A stretch of 64,000 nucleotides of DNA from Zygnema circumcarinatum SAG 698-1b (GCA_037447605.1 CM074812.1:3162001-3226000), one strand, 5' to 3'; positions 41,843 through 55,500 are shown, numbered from the stretch's first letter. Numbers and translations: made by a program. Notes: generated by a model from the sequence alone, not told the origin.

Positions 41843-42554
41843 CGCTCACTCTCTCTCGCGGAGCGCCTAACGGCTCAATTTCCTACCCTAAGGAGCTTCC
41901 ATGTCCGTCAGTTCGCTCACAGTTCAGCGTTACAGCTCCGTCCAATTCAATGCAGTTGTCAAAAGGGGTGATCTATGTGACCTGCGTATCGAACCGTATC
42001 GTATCGTATCGTATCGTATCGAGTTTGTGGAGTGTCGTACTGGTCTTGACTGTCATATCTATCTTGGGCTCGTGGCCATCTCGCTCTGCCTCAACATGGT
42101 TCAAGGCATGAGTGAGCATGTTCGAGCGCACAATGTTGAACATGAGGAAGTATGGCACTCTCAAGCATGCCTATGTAGCACAACTATGTTCTAGCGCACA
42201 CCACGCACACATAACAATGTTTTGTTGAACATATGTAAAAAGAGCACATGCATGCATGCGTCCAATGCAAACAGAGATTTGGATTGGAATTGACATCGCA
42301 ATGTCAATGTTTTCAAGTATTCAAACTCCCCATTGTTTGTAAGGGCCCAAGTCCCTCCAAAAATCCCTATGGCCTTTGGGAGTGGCTGTGTTTTTCGTGG
42401 TTCTCCATGTAGTTGTCGTTGTTGTTGATGTCAATCTCATGGCACCTCTAATTGCAGTAGAGAAAGGGAAGTGGCATTGATCTCACGATGGCGATGATGC
42501 CATCAAATGTACATGGTCAAAATCAGCACATACATGTCTTTCTGTGTGTTAATG

Positions 42555-42758
42555 GGGGGGTCAGACATAACACATGGCCAAATCAATTTCGTAAGCCTGT
42601 CGGGCGAATTTAAGCATTGGCGAAGGTACGCATTTCGGTACGGCTGGGTTCGGCGGAGCGGCGGATCCCGACCCGGAATTCGTACACGAAACTTTGACTT
42701 TTAGTACTGTATACTAAATTCGAAGATTTAGTACGCTCCAGGCCGTGTCTGACTCCCC
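42555..42758. mobile_element. Small MITE, GGGG(G/A)GTCAGAC TIR family, copy A
   Basis: ggggggtcagac...gtctgactcccc; interior homologous to 59617-59826. Confidence 0.75.
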
Positions 42759-43359
42759 ATGGATGGATGATTGACTTCCATGCAGAAGGAAACCAGCATC
42801 ATCCATGGCAGGACATGGCATGACATGGCAGGAGCGCATGGCACGGCCCAAGGTATGGTTTCAACGGAGGTGTGAGCGCCCATGTTGGCGCCAACAACCT
42901 TTTTGAACACGCCACTAGGCTTTAGTCATTAGTCGCACGTGTGACCAGACACCGTCCAATTGAGGACGAGACCACACTTGCATTTCTTCCCCTTCCCGCC
43001 TCTCTTTCTTTCTCGTCCTCCCCCTCTCTTTCTCTCTCTTCCCTTGCTCTTCCCTCTCTCGTCTCTCTCCCCTCGCCTTTGTCGTCCCTTTCTCTTAATT
43101 CTCTCTCCCTGCTCTTCCCTCTCTCTCTCCCTGCTCTCCTCTCTCTCTCTCCCTGCTCTGCTCTCTTTCTCTCCCTGCTTTCCTCTCTCTTTCTCACTTT
43201 CATCTATCTCGCAGTCCTCCTTCCGTCTGCTTTATCGCTGCACTCTCCTCCTCCTTTCCTGCGCTCTCCCCCTCCTCTCCTCTCCCTATCCCTCTCCCTC
43301 CTCCATTGCTCCCTCTCCCTCCCTCCCTCTCTCTCTCACACCCTCTTTCCCTGACAGCC

Positions 43360-45754
43360 ATGCAGGCGACACGTGTCATACCTTTACAGAGCGCCTATGA
43401 GCGTTCCAAGAAAATCAATTTCCCGAAAGTGAGCTCAATTCGCACTCGAAGAGAGCGAATGAGAGAGAGAGAGAGGCGGAGAGAGAGAGAGAGGTGGAGA
43501 GAGCGAGAGGCGGAGAGAGGGAGAGGCGGAGAGAGAGAGAGACGGGGAGAGAAAGAGGCGGAGAGAGAGAGAGAGGTGGAGAGGGAAGGACGAGAGAGCA
43601 GGAGGTGGAGGCGGGAGAGTAAGGGAGAGAGACGGAGGCATATGGGCAGAGAGAGGAGGAGACAGGGCGAGAACTGAGAGAGAGGGGAAGAGAGAGAGCA
43701 AGAGAGAGAGGGCGAGAAAGGGAGAGACAGGAGGGAGAGAAAGTGTGAGCAGAGAGAGAGTCAGAGAAAGGAGACAGAAGGAGAGGGAAAGGCGGAGAGA
43801 AATAGCGACAGAGAGGAGAGTGTGAAGGAGAGGGAGGGACACAGGGAGATTGTGGGACACAGAGAGAGAGAGAGGAAGGGACACAGAGGAAGAGAGAGGG
43901 ACACAGAGAGAGAAAGGGAGGGACACAGAGAGAGAAAGGGAGGGACACAGAGAGTGAGAGGGAAGGACACAGAGAGAGAGAGGGAGGGACACAGGGAGAG
44001 AGAGGGAGGAACACAGAGAGAGAGAGAGGGAGGGAGGAACCCATTTTTGTGCCCAATATTTTCTCTTCCGTCGCCGTTTTGTGTATCTCTTCTTTATTTT
44101 ACTTAAGAAGCCCACTTATTTTCAACCTTGCTATCTCATTTCATTTTTTCAATGTTTGCCAACCATTCGCGTTCCGTTCAGTTACAGTTCAGTTCAGTTC
44201 AGTTCATTTTATAGTTTTTTTTTTTTTTATATTTTTCGTTACTTTTTTTTTGTTTTTGTCCTGAATCTCTCTCTCTCTTAATAATCCCCTTTAGGCTCGT
44301 TTGGGACACCTTCAGAAATTTCAAATTTTGAACGCAAATTCTCGAAAGCGCGGACCCTATTCCGATGTTGCGGAGGATTCGTCAGACACAAATTCAAAGG
44401 TGAATTTTCCAATTGGGCTTTTTCTTTTCTTTATTTCTTAAATTTGAAATCTGAAATTTGAAACTTGAAAGAACTCCCGCTCTCTCTCTTGACTCTCCCT
44501 CTCCCTCTCCCTCTCCACCCCTCTCTCTTTTTCTCTCTCTCTCTCTCTACGCCTTTACCCATCAAGGTTCCCCCCTCTCCTCCCCTCTCTTTCACTGTCT
44601 CGTTTTCTCTCTCTAGAAATCTCATTAACCCCTTTCTCTCCGTGCACTCTACTCTCTCTCTTCATCCACCCCCACTCGATCCTCCATCTCTCTCTTTCTT
44701 TCCCACTTCCTCCCCTCTCTCCCTCTCTCCTCCCACTAACTCCAATGTGAGGCTGACACGTGGCAGGAGCAGTGCCACATATGCCGGAGTCTGAAGCATG
44801 TCACTTCAATTTTTTGTGATGACTGCCATCGTCTATATCACCTCACTTGTCTTCCTAAACCTCTCAAAGTAAGCCTCTCTCTCCCTCTCACTCTCCCCCT
44901 CCCTCCCACATCCCCTTCTCTCACTCCCCCTCCCTTTCCACTTCTCGCTCTCACCCCCTCCTGTTCTTTCCCGTTCTGCCCCTTCTCTCCTTCTCTCTTC
45001 TCCCCTCTCCGTCTTCCCCTCTTCCTCCCCCTCCCCCTCCATTCCCCTCCTCCTCCCCTTCCCTCCACCTCCCCTCCCTCTCTCCCTCTCGCTCTCTCTC
45101 TCTTCGTTCCTCTCTCTCTTTCCCGCTCCCCCATCTGTCACTCATCCGTCCGTCTCCTTTTCTCTCCTTCTCCCTCCCTCACTTTCTCCCCCGTCTCCTA
45201 TCCTCTCTCCCTCACCCACTTTCCTACCTACTAAAACCCAAGCTCCCACTTTCCTGTTCACTTTTTCTTGCAGAAAATTCCAATTGGAAAGTGGTTCTGC
45301 CTACAATGTAAAGAGAGTCCGGATTTGAAAAAGGGAGTGGGAGAACCCAGTTCTGTAAGAGAGCAAAGGTTAAGCAAAAAGACGAGAGACAAAGAAGAGG
45401 AGAGAGAGGAGGAGGAGGAGGCAAGAGATAGAAGCAGAAAGAGGAGGAAGAAAAGTTCAGAGGAAGGTGAAGGGAAATTTGAGCCTGTACGAAAAAATCT
45501 TCTTTTGGAGAAGAGTCTGAATGAAGGAGCAGAAATTTCGGCTCCCGTAATCAGTACTTCGCTCCTTCCGTCGAACATAGGACAAGTTTGTAAGGAAGAG
45601 GTATATACCGTTCCCTTGGGTTTTAGGTTTTCTGAGTCTTTATGATTCAGGCAGTTTTCCGGGTTTAATACCTTTGTATTATATTATATTTCTCAGTACG
45701 TTTCCCTCTCTCTCACTCTCTCTCTCGTCTCTCGTCTCTCTCTCTCGTCTCTCG

Positions 45755-45804
<50 letters not shown>

Positions 45805-48800
45805 GTGCAGGCTCAAGTTTGCGGAGTATGTGGAGATCAAGGAGATTCCGATGTTCTGGTCTCCTGCAGTAGCTGCAATGTCATATGTCAGCACATGTAA
45901 GAAACTGTATTTTATGTCCACTCTCTCCCTCTCCTCACTCTCCCTCCCCCTTCCCCTCCCCTTCCCCTCCTATTCACTTTATATCTCAAGCAATTTGCTC
46001 TATTCTTTTCAAGCATTCCATTTCTGCGAATTTGAACCCCTTTTCTTTTCTTGAACAGATATTGCATGCGAGTTTTACTCAAAGAGGTTCCGAAGGGGCC
46101 ATGGCTGTGCGATTTTTGTTCATCGAAAAATTTAAGAAAGGTAGAAAAAGTAGATTCGAAAGGGAATGAAGGTGAAGAAGTGATTTTCCGGTCAAATGGC
46201 GAAGTACCGATTCCGAAGGAGAAGGAGAAGGAAGGAAAGGGGTACCTCTCAACTTCTGAAACGAAAGCGAAAAAAAAAATGGGAAATTCGGAAATTGCAA
46301 TATTGGAGGAAAGTGAGAAAAAAGATGGAAGTGAAGGGGAGGGAGAAATGGTGCTTGGAAGGAGAAGGGTGAAGCGGAAGATTGGGTATAACTTAGCGGA
46401 AGATTTGAATGATGAGGGGAGAGGAGTCGATGTGTGGGAGAGGGAGGAGAGGGAGGAGGAGAGAGGGGAGAGGGGGGAGAGAGAGGAGAAGAACAAGAGG
46501 GAGAAGAGGGAGAGGGAGGAGAAGGAGGACAGGGAGGAGAGAGGGGAGGAGAAAATGGTGGAGAGAAAGAAGAAGGAGAAGAGAGAGGAGAGGGAGGAGG
46601 AGGAGAGAGGGAAGAGGGGGGAGAGAGAGGAGAAGGACAAGAGGGAGAAGAGGGAGAAGTGGAAGGAGAGGGAGGACAAGGAGGAGAGAGGGGAGAGAGG
46701 GGAGGAGAAAACCGTGGAGAGAAAGCAGAAGGAGACGAGGGAGGAGAGGGAGGAGGAGGAGAGAGGGAAGAGGGGGGTGAGAGAGGAGAAGGACAAGAGG
46801 GAGAAGAGGGAGAAGTGGAAGGAGAGGGAGGAGAAGGAGGATAGGGAGGAGAGAGGGGAGGAGAAACCCGTGGAGAGAAAGAAGAAGGAGAAGCGGGAGG
46901 AGGGAGAGGAGGAGAGAGGGAAGAGGGGGGAGAGAGAGGAGAAGGACAAGAGGGAGAAGAGGGAGAAGTGGAAGGATAGGGAGGAGAAGGAGGATAGGGA
47001 GGAGAGAGGGGAGGAGAAAACCGTGGAGAGAAAGAAGAAGGAGAAGCGGGAGGAGGGGGAGGAGGAGAGAGGGAAGAGGGGGGTGAGAGAGGAGAAGGAC
47101 AAGAGGGAGAAGAGGGAGAAGTGGAAGGATAGGGAGGAGAAGGAGGATAGGGAGGAGAGAGGGGAGGAGAAAACCGTGGAGAGAAAGAAGAAGGAGAAGC
47201 GGGAGGAGGGGGAGGAGGAGAGAGGGAAGAGGGGGGTGAGAGAGGAGAAGGACAAGAGGGAGAAGAGGGAGAAGTGGAAGGAGATGGAGGAGAAGGAGGA
47301 TAGGGAGGAGGGAGGGGAGGAGAAAACGGTGGAGAGAAAGACGAAGGAGGAGGGGGGGGAAAGGGAGAGAGGAAGCAAAGGGGGCGATATCAATGGGAAG
47401 ATGGGAATTGAATCGACTCAAGTAAGTGGTTTTACGAAACCATCTTTGGATATCAGGGTTTAATTACTTTTTGTATCCTACTGTACTGTATTGCATTTCT
47501 TACTACGTTGCTCTCTCGCCTTCTCTCTTTCTCTCCCTCTCCCTCCTCTCTCTCTCTTTCTTTCTCTCTCTCTTTTTGCAGGCTCAAGTTTGCGGAGTAT
47601 GTGGAGATCAAGGAGATTCCGATGTTCTGGTCGTCTGCAGTACCTGCAATGTCATATGTCAGCACATGTAAGAACTTTTTTTTATGTCCACTCTTTCCCC
47701 CTCCTCACTCTCCTCCTCACTCTCCCCCTCCCTCCTCTACAGTTCCCCCCCTCCTTATTTCAAGCAATTTGCTCTATTCGTTTCAAGCATTCAATTTTCT
47801 GCGATTTTTTACCCCTTCTTTTCCTTGAACAGATATTGCATGCGAGTTTTACTCAAAGAGGTTTCGAAGGGGCCATGGCTGTGCGATTTTTGTTCATCAA
47901 AAAAATTCAAAAATAGAGGAGAAGACGGGATTTTCAGGTCAAACGGAGAAGTATCGATTTGTGAAACGAAAGCGAAAAATAAGTTCGGAAATTCGGAGAT
48001 TGGGACATTGGAAGAAAGTGAGAAAAAAGATGGAAGTGAAGGGGAGGGAGAAATGGTGCTGGGAAGGAGAAGGGTGAAGCGGAAAATGGGGTATAACTTA
48101 GTGGAAGATTTGAATGATGAGGGGAGAGGAGTTGATGAGTGGGAGAGGGAGAAGAGGGAGGAGAAGAAGGAGAGGGAGGAGAGGGAGGAGGAGAAGGAGA
48201 AAAAGGAGAGGCAGAAGAGGGAGGAGAAGAAGGAGAGGGAGGCGAGGGAGACGAGGGAGGAGAAGAAGGAGAGGGAGGAGAGGGCGACGAAGGAGGAGAA
48301 GAAGAGGGAGGAGAGGGAGAAGGAGGAGAAGAAGGAGAGGGAGGAGAGGGAGAAGGAGGAGAAGGAGGGGAGGGAGGGGCGGCAGAAGAGGGAGGAGAAG
48401 AAGGAGAGGGAGGAGAAGGAGAGGGAGAAGGAGGAGGAGAAGAAGGAGAGGGAGGAGCGAGTCGAGAGAGAGAGGGGAAGCTCAGGAGGCAGTATCAACA
48501 GGAAGTTGGAAATTGGATCGACTCAAGTAAGTGGTTTTACAGAACCATCTTTTGATAAGAAAAGGGAAGAAATGGACGGAAAGGATGTGAAATTCGGTGG
48601 AAGAAATTTGAGCCCAAAAACTGACGGAAAACTGGTTGAATGGAAAAAACCGGAAGAATTTTCGGAAGTTCCGAAGGGACGCTCGAATGGGGCAGAACTG
48701 AAATTTTCAAGATCTGAATCCGCGGAAAAAAATGGCAGAGGTGGAAATGTTTCGGCTATTTTGCAGGCTGCCCTGGGCAGCAAAACCTGCCCGGAAAAAA

Positions 48801-51015
48801 GATTTAACTCCGAAAAAGTCCCAAAAATTGTGGTTTTGCCGGCTCCAATTTCGATTTTCGGACGCAAAAAAGAAAAGAGGAGAAATTTTTCTCCGATTGC
48901 TTCAAAGTCTCCGATGCCGAAATTTTCCGATCTGAGCAGACCGCCGGGATTTTCAGTTCCGTTAAACAGAACTGAAACTGAAACTGAGACTGTTACCGTT
49001 CCGTCAGAGAAACCGTTGGACTCAATTACAGAAACTGAGCAGTTGGAAGGCAACGGATTTCCGTTGGAGACAACGGAGGGTCCGTTAGGGTTTGGTTTGA
49101 GGTCGGAGAAACCGAAGCTGATGGTGCCAGGTGGCACTCTCTCATTGGATACCCCGCCGGGATTTGGGTCAAGAACAAGTCAACCGAACGGAATTCCGTT
49201 ACATGGAAACGGAGAGGGTTCGAATACAACTGCTGCTCTTTTGAAAGAAATTGGATTTTTAAAAGGGGAAAATGGGGGTAAAGGAGAGGGTGGAGATTTT
49301 GGGTTAAAGGGTTTTCCGAAGGGGAGTAAGATAAAGGGATGGGGGTTCAGGAGAGATGGGGAAGTGGGATCAACAGGGGAGGTGGAAGTGGATCCAGGAG
49401 GGAGTGGATCCAAGCAGGAGGTGAATCCGGGAAATCAAGAATGGGAGGAAGGAAGGGTTAGAGGGCTGGATATCTCTTTGTCACTGAAGGGAGGGGAGAG
49501 GGAGAGAGAGAGGGCGATGGAGAGGGAGGAGTCGAGGGTGGAAGAAAAGGTGAAGAGTGGAGAAGTGAGGGAGGGGGAAAGGGAGAGGGAGAGGGAGAGG
49601 GAGAGGGAGGAGTCGAGGGTTGAAGAGGAGGTGGAGAGGGAGAGGGAGAGGGAGGAGTCGAAGGTGGAAGAGGAGGTGGAGAGGGGAGAAGTGAGGGTGG
49701 GGGAGAGGGAGAGGGAGAGAGGGAGAGAGGGAGAGGGAGAGGGAGAGGAGAGGGAGGGAGAGGAGAGGGAGGGAGAGAGGGAGGGAGAGGGAGAGGGAGA
49801 GGGAGAGAGAGGGAGGGAGAGGGAGAGGGAGAGGGAGAGGGAGGAGTCGAAGGTGGAAGAGGAGGTGGAGAGGGGAGAAGTGAGGGTGGGGGAGAGGGAG
49901 AGGGAGAGGGAGAGGGAGAGGGAGAGGGAGAAGGAGGAGTCGAAGGTGGAAGAGGTGGAGAGTGGAGAAGTGAGGGAGGGGGAGAGGGAGAGGGAGAGGG
50001 AGAGGGAGAGGGAGAGGGAGAGGGAGAGGGAGAGGAGAGGGAGAGGGAGAGGGAGAGGGAGAGAGGAGAGGGAGAGGAGAGGGAGAGGGAGAGGGAGAGG
50101 GAGAGGGAGAAGGAGAAGGAGAAGGAGAAGGAGCGGGAGCGGGAAGCGGAGTGGAAAAAGGAGAGGGAGAGAGAGAGGAAGGCAAACAAAGGAAGGCAGG
50201 ATTTTCGAAAGGAGACCGGGAAGGAGACAGAGAAGGAGGGGGAGCTGGAAAGCAGGAGGGAGAGGGAGAGGGAGAGGGAGAGGGAGAGGGAGAGGGAGAG
50301 GGAGAGGGAGAGGGAGAGGGAGAGGGAGAGGGAGAAGGTGAGGGAGAAGGAGAAGGGGAGGGTGGGGAAAGGGAAGGGCGACAGGCAGGATTTTGACAAG
50401 GAGCCCGAGAAGGAGAGAGATAGAGAGAGGAGGGAGAGAGAGAAGGTGAGGAGGGACAGGGATTGTGGGAGGGAGGGAGAAAGGGGGGGGAATAGAGAGA
50501 GGGAGAGGGATAGGGATAGGGAAAGGGAGAGGGAGAGGGAGAGGGAGAGGGAGAGGGGGAGGAAGGGAAAGGAAGCAAGGCACGATTTGGAGGGGGCAGA
50601 GAAAACAGAGACGGAAACTGAGAGGGAGGAGCAAACGAGAGATCGTGGCGAAAGAGAGATGGAAAGGAGGGAGAGAGGAGTCATAGGGAGAACGATAGAT
50701 ACTGAAAGAGAGAGGAGAGAGGGAAGGGAGAGAGGGAACGTAGAGCTGCGAATTGGGGCGGGAATGGACCTACAGGCTTTGCAGGCATGGAGCAATGCAA
50801 CTCCACAGAGAGAGGCAGTGAGAGAGGCAGTGAGAGAGGGAGAGGGAGAGGGAGTGAGAAATAAAGTGAGAGAGGGAGAGGGAGTGGGAGAGGGAGGGGC
50901 TCCCAGTCTTGGGTCTGAAGGGTATCTGTCTGTGAATGGGATCCGAAGCTTTGTCATAGTTCAAGGTGACAAGAGGGGGAGGCAAGATGACTTTGTGGAT
51001 ATTGATTCCGATTAG
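43360..51015 (+). CDS. Triple PHD-finger protein with long E/K/R-rich low-complexity regions; PHD2 and PHD3 arise from a tandem two-exon duplication
   Basis: Exons 43360-43428, 44295-44399, 44767-44868 (CHIC...CDDCHRLYHLTC), 45274-~45600 (GKWFCLQC), 45811-45896 + 46059-47421 (CGVC..CSSC..HIYC..WLCDFC), 47582-47667 + 47833-~51015 (second copy, then a long tail). C4HC3 ligands are intact. The 3' end has frame breaks in GA repeats at ~50.0-50.35 kb, and the start and stop positions are less certain. Confidence 0.8.
46555..47345 (+). repeat. Coding tandem repeat, ~5.5 copies of a 153-156 nt (51-52 aa) E/K/R-rich unit
   Basis: The GTG of VERK is at 46558, 46714, 46870, 47023, 47176 and 47329. Confidence 0.9.
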
Positions 51016-51917
51016 AGGGAGCTGTGGGAAGAGAGATATCTATTCCGACTGTAGAGCTGCCTATCGTAAGCATAGGAGGGAGAGGGAGAGAGGGAGAGAG
51101 GGAGAGTGGAAGAAAGGGAGAGTGGGAGAGAGGGGAGTAGTGCGCTATTTCTGATACATATAATAGGAGAGAGATAGATGGAGCCAGTGAGTTGGGGGGG
51201 GGGGGAAGGGGGCGCGCATTGTACAAGAGTAAACTAAGGGTACATATGATATTAGTCATATGAAGAAGGGAATGAGAGAGGACAGAGATTCGATTTAGAG
51301 AGAGAGGGGGGGGAGAGAGGGAGGGAGAGAGAGGGAGGGAGAGAGAGGGAGGGAGAGAGAGGGAGGGAGAGGGAGAACGTAAGGTCGCCTGTTATTCGTT
51401 TTTGTTGTACAACTTCATGCTCTACCTCCTATTGCGTTCACACCAATGCTCTTAACAACAACATGTTGTCTATAGTCTCTCCCATTCTCACTAATCAAAG
51501 GAGAATTTTATGAAGAAATATTCTGAGGGTCGAGGCCTCACACTCTCTGATTTGGCCGCTCGTAATGTCAACATGACATGGCTTGACACATGTGAAAAAT
51601 TGCGTTCGCTTTCGAAGTAATGTAGCACGCCAGCATAAGTCTATGTACAATGTTTGGACAATTCCGTATTTCCATGTAATTTGTAGCACACAGAAAACTG
51701 CATTGTGACTACAACATAGGCCTTTTTGAATGGGCAGTCTTACGGCCTACGTGCTTAGTTTTAGTCCAGTTCAGCGTATTACTGTGACATGGATTGCCGT
51801 CGACCGACTGTGACTGACGGGACCGTTCTTGCCAGCGTGGCGTCCACGCGTATAATAAATACACTGCAATAACGTACACGTGGTAGCTAGTACGAAGCAA
51901 AACAGGGCATTGTTAAA

Positions 51918-52767
51918 GGGTAGTGATATTTCCACCCCTTTTTTGGATCCAAACACCCCTTCCCGGCCGGGCAGATTTCAAAAGGGATTAAAAACAGAAA
52001 ATGCTTTTCTCACACCGTTTTGGAATCGATACCCACCTTCGTCCGTCGGCTGATTTTATTTTTGCTAACCAAGGAAAATGATACCCCGTCACCGCATTTT
52101 GAATACTGTATCCCGCCTCCCTGATTTGTTTTTTTGAGGGAAAGAAATATCTGCCTGCCCGAATCCGCTCGGAGCGGAAGATCCGTCCTCCACGAGATCG
52201 TTCGCGGGTGTCCGTCCTTCACACGTGTGTGTCAATCGCAGCTGTCGATTCCCTCGTAGATCGCACCTCTGCAGATCACCGTTCGATCTGCAGCCGGGCT
52301 CGATCTCAGTGAATGGATAGCGCCCACGAGTCCCGTCAAAGCCGGAAAATTTTGATTGTTCCAAGGTCTCAATGTACGAAATTCTGGGTTCCTCACGTTG
52401 CGACCGTACGACATTTGTACGGACAAACTTTTGAGACGACTTTGGCGGGGTACGTGGGCACTTGCCATTCGCTGTGACCGAGCCCGGCTGCAGATCAAAT
52501 AGTGATCTGCCGAGTTGCGATCTGCTAGGGAATCGACGGCTGCGATGACCGCACGCGTGAAAAAAAATTCAGGTAGGCGGGATATTCAAAATGGGTTGAC
52601 GGGTTATCATTTTCCTTGTTTCGCGAAAATAAAATCTGCCGATGGAGGGTGGGTATCGATTCCAAAAAGGTGTGAAAAAAGCATTTTCCCTTTTTAATCC
52701 TTTTTGAAATCTGCCCGGCCGGGAAGGGGTGTTTGGATCCAAAAAAGGGGTGGAAATATCACTACCC
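51918..52767. mobile_element. Non-autonomous foldback/TIR DNA transposon, copy 2 (opposite orientation to copy 1)
   Basis: Same GGGTAGTGATATTTCC...ACTACCC termini; flanked on both sides by TTGTTAAA (8-bp TSD); interior is the reverse complement of the interior of 3924-4870. Confidence 0.92.
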
Positions 52768-53549
52768 TTGTTAAAAAATCGAAACTGCCACGTCATTGAT
52801 AAGAGATGTACGGTGAACCCAAGCGCCGTGGTTCTAGCGAACCATGCCTGCCATGTAGACAAGATTCGGCAAGATTAGCAAGTGGCCCAGGTCACGACAG
52901 GGGTCTGAGCCACGTCGCCCAAATCCCAATCCTACATGTCATGCCACGTGGCGAGTCCACCATCGCATGAACGCTGGGCCTCAGCCGTGGCCCATCCAAC
53001 GGACGAAATTTGATCGGATTCGATTTGGTTTGCACGATCTGAGTTGGATTCTGCCGAATCTAGCAGTGCGGCATTGTACGGCTGCGGCTGCCGGTCGACG
53101 GCCACCTAAACAATGTTTTGCTGCCGCCCGTATGAGGCCCATCGTCTCTCTCTCACCCTCCATACCGCTACTTCTCTCTCCCCTCCATCCTCGCCTCCTT
53201 CTCTAACCATGGATCCCCCTGCCAGCCCCTTCTCCCGAGCCTTCCCTTCCCAAGCCTCTCCTAGCGCCGTGTTGATCCTAGGCGCAAACTTTACTTCATG
53301 CCTTTCTTCTATTGTCCCTATGTCCTCGTCGTCGCGGCCAGCTCCTCGTTGTTCCCATGTTGTTGTTGTTCCTGGACATGGCCATTTCATGCCATCGCCG
53401 TGGTCAGGTCAATGCCTATTCTTTGTCCTGTAGTGACAAGAATGGATCAATGCGCGAACGTGACTAAGCTCTAGTCACCACCTCGTCCAGTTCTAGTCAT
53501 CGACGTTGCGGCAGTAATACTGAGAACGGTCCTCCATTCGATGACATTA

Positions 53550-53706
53550 GGGGGTGTCAGACTTAACAAAATCTTACGAAAAGCGTTACGAAAATAAAGG
53601 TTACGAAAGTACTCCGCCGCAGGAGGATCGCTATCATACTGGAGTACTCGTTCTGATGTCAAACTTACGAACACGCGTACTGAATTTTTTTAAGTCTGAC
53701 ACCCCC
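53550..53706. mobile_element. Small MITE, GGGGGTGTCAGACTTA TIRs, TA flanks, copy B (different interior)
   Basis: ta|gggggtgtcagactta...taagtctgacaccccc|ta. Confidence 0.75.
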
Positions 53707-55500
53707 TATTACCTAGAACTCGCCTGTTTCATGTGGCCGATCTCTGCGCGCAGCCCCCAACGCGGTTTAGACACGTGGCAGATCCAGCCAGCCAATGACG
53801 TACACGGGTGGTGGTGACGTGGCACTCAGAACGAGCACGACATGCTCCTCTGTTCTGAAATATTCTCTACTGTACTACTGTACAGTACTTCTGTGTTTGG
53901 GAATTGATATTTACACACCTCTCTTTGTCTAGGTATACACTCTTTTTACCCCTCCTCCCAATGCCCTGAAAACAAACGAAAAAAAAATCTCACCGGTGAA
54001 AAAACTGTGTGTCTAGACCAAAAAGGTGTGCAAATAGCTTCCCGAATCACGTTAAGGCTCAAAATTTCCAAAATCCAGTATAGCGTTTCCGTAAATCTGG
54101 AACCATGTTCGACATTCGACATCCGTACGGTTCCAAACGTCAAGATCTCATGCCGTACAATATAGTACAGCCACCGGCTGAATCTTCCGAATCTTCGAAT
54201 CCGGAGGGTCGTCACGTGAAGCCGAGCTGGCACCCTTCGGCCGTACATGACTTTGGTCGTTTATCCTGTCGTATGTACGACGTGTCCTTATACGGATTTG
54301 TCATATCGAAAAAGCCGAAGAAAACTTGGATTTTTTGGACATCTCTTCCACCGACATGTAAACAAAAAACCAATGTTGTCGGTAAACCCAGACGAGGGCG
54401 GGACTGGACAGTACAAACTCTATCCAATGTGGCCCAATCCACGCTCGTCACGGTCAAATAACGGACGTGGCGAGTGATGACTGGCTGCTGCGACAAGGCT
54501 ACTTTCAACTGGGCAGGTATATCCTGAATTCCTGAGTGCGGGGCAGGTTCCTCTGTTTCGCTAAAGTCAAACAACAACCAATAACATTGTGCCACGCGTC
54601 ATAATTGTTGACGTGGCTTTCTCTGATTGGCTGGTGTCGCGCCTGAGCGAACTCGCCGGCAGGGACCGCGGCCCACGTGAACTTTCGGTTGCTATTACGA
54701 CGCAATCATTTCCGGGTTGGCGGGGTTCAATTTCGCTCGTGCGGAAGGTACGGTACCACGTGTCGGTTTCTCCTGCCCTCAAGATATTTTTCCAAGCCCT
54801 GAGTGGCCGCAACCGTGCCACCGCGACCTCCAGCGTGGCACTGACGTGGCGTCGTACATGACATCCGATGTGGCTTCCCACGTGGCTGCGCGAAATTCAC
54901 GGTTGTTGACTATCGGCGTCGTAGGTGGTCCCGGGGATCTCTAGCGACGAGATCGGATACACTTCGGATCGGATCCATCGTATCTACGATCCGCCGCATC
55001 CGTACGACATTGGATATGGTCACGTGATCACACTATCCCATAATACGGCCGGACGCCGCCTCGGCCGCCACTCTCTCCACTCCCTCCCTCTCGCTCTCCC
55101 TCTCCCTCTCGCTATCCCTCTCTCTCTCGCTCTCCCTCTCCCTCTCCCCCTCGCTCTCCCTCTCGCTCTCCCACTCCCTCTCCCTCTCCCTGTCTCGTCC
55201 TCGCCCTCTCTCCAGCTGTCTACTTGCTCCATCCTCATTTTTCACTCTCTCCGGTTCTATATCCATTCTCTCACTCTCTCTCCCTCTCTTTCTAGCCCTT
55301 TCTCTCTTCCCCTCCCTTCCTCTCTCTCTATCCTTCTCTCTCTCACTCCCTCTCCCTCTCTCTTTCCCCTTCTTTACCTATCCCTATCTCTATCCCATTT
55401 CCTCCTTCACTCCCTCACCCTCTCACTCTCTCCCTTCCTTCCCCCCTCTCTCTCTCTCTCCCCCTCTCTCGTCTATCCCTCTCAGGGCCGCTAAAGAAGA

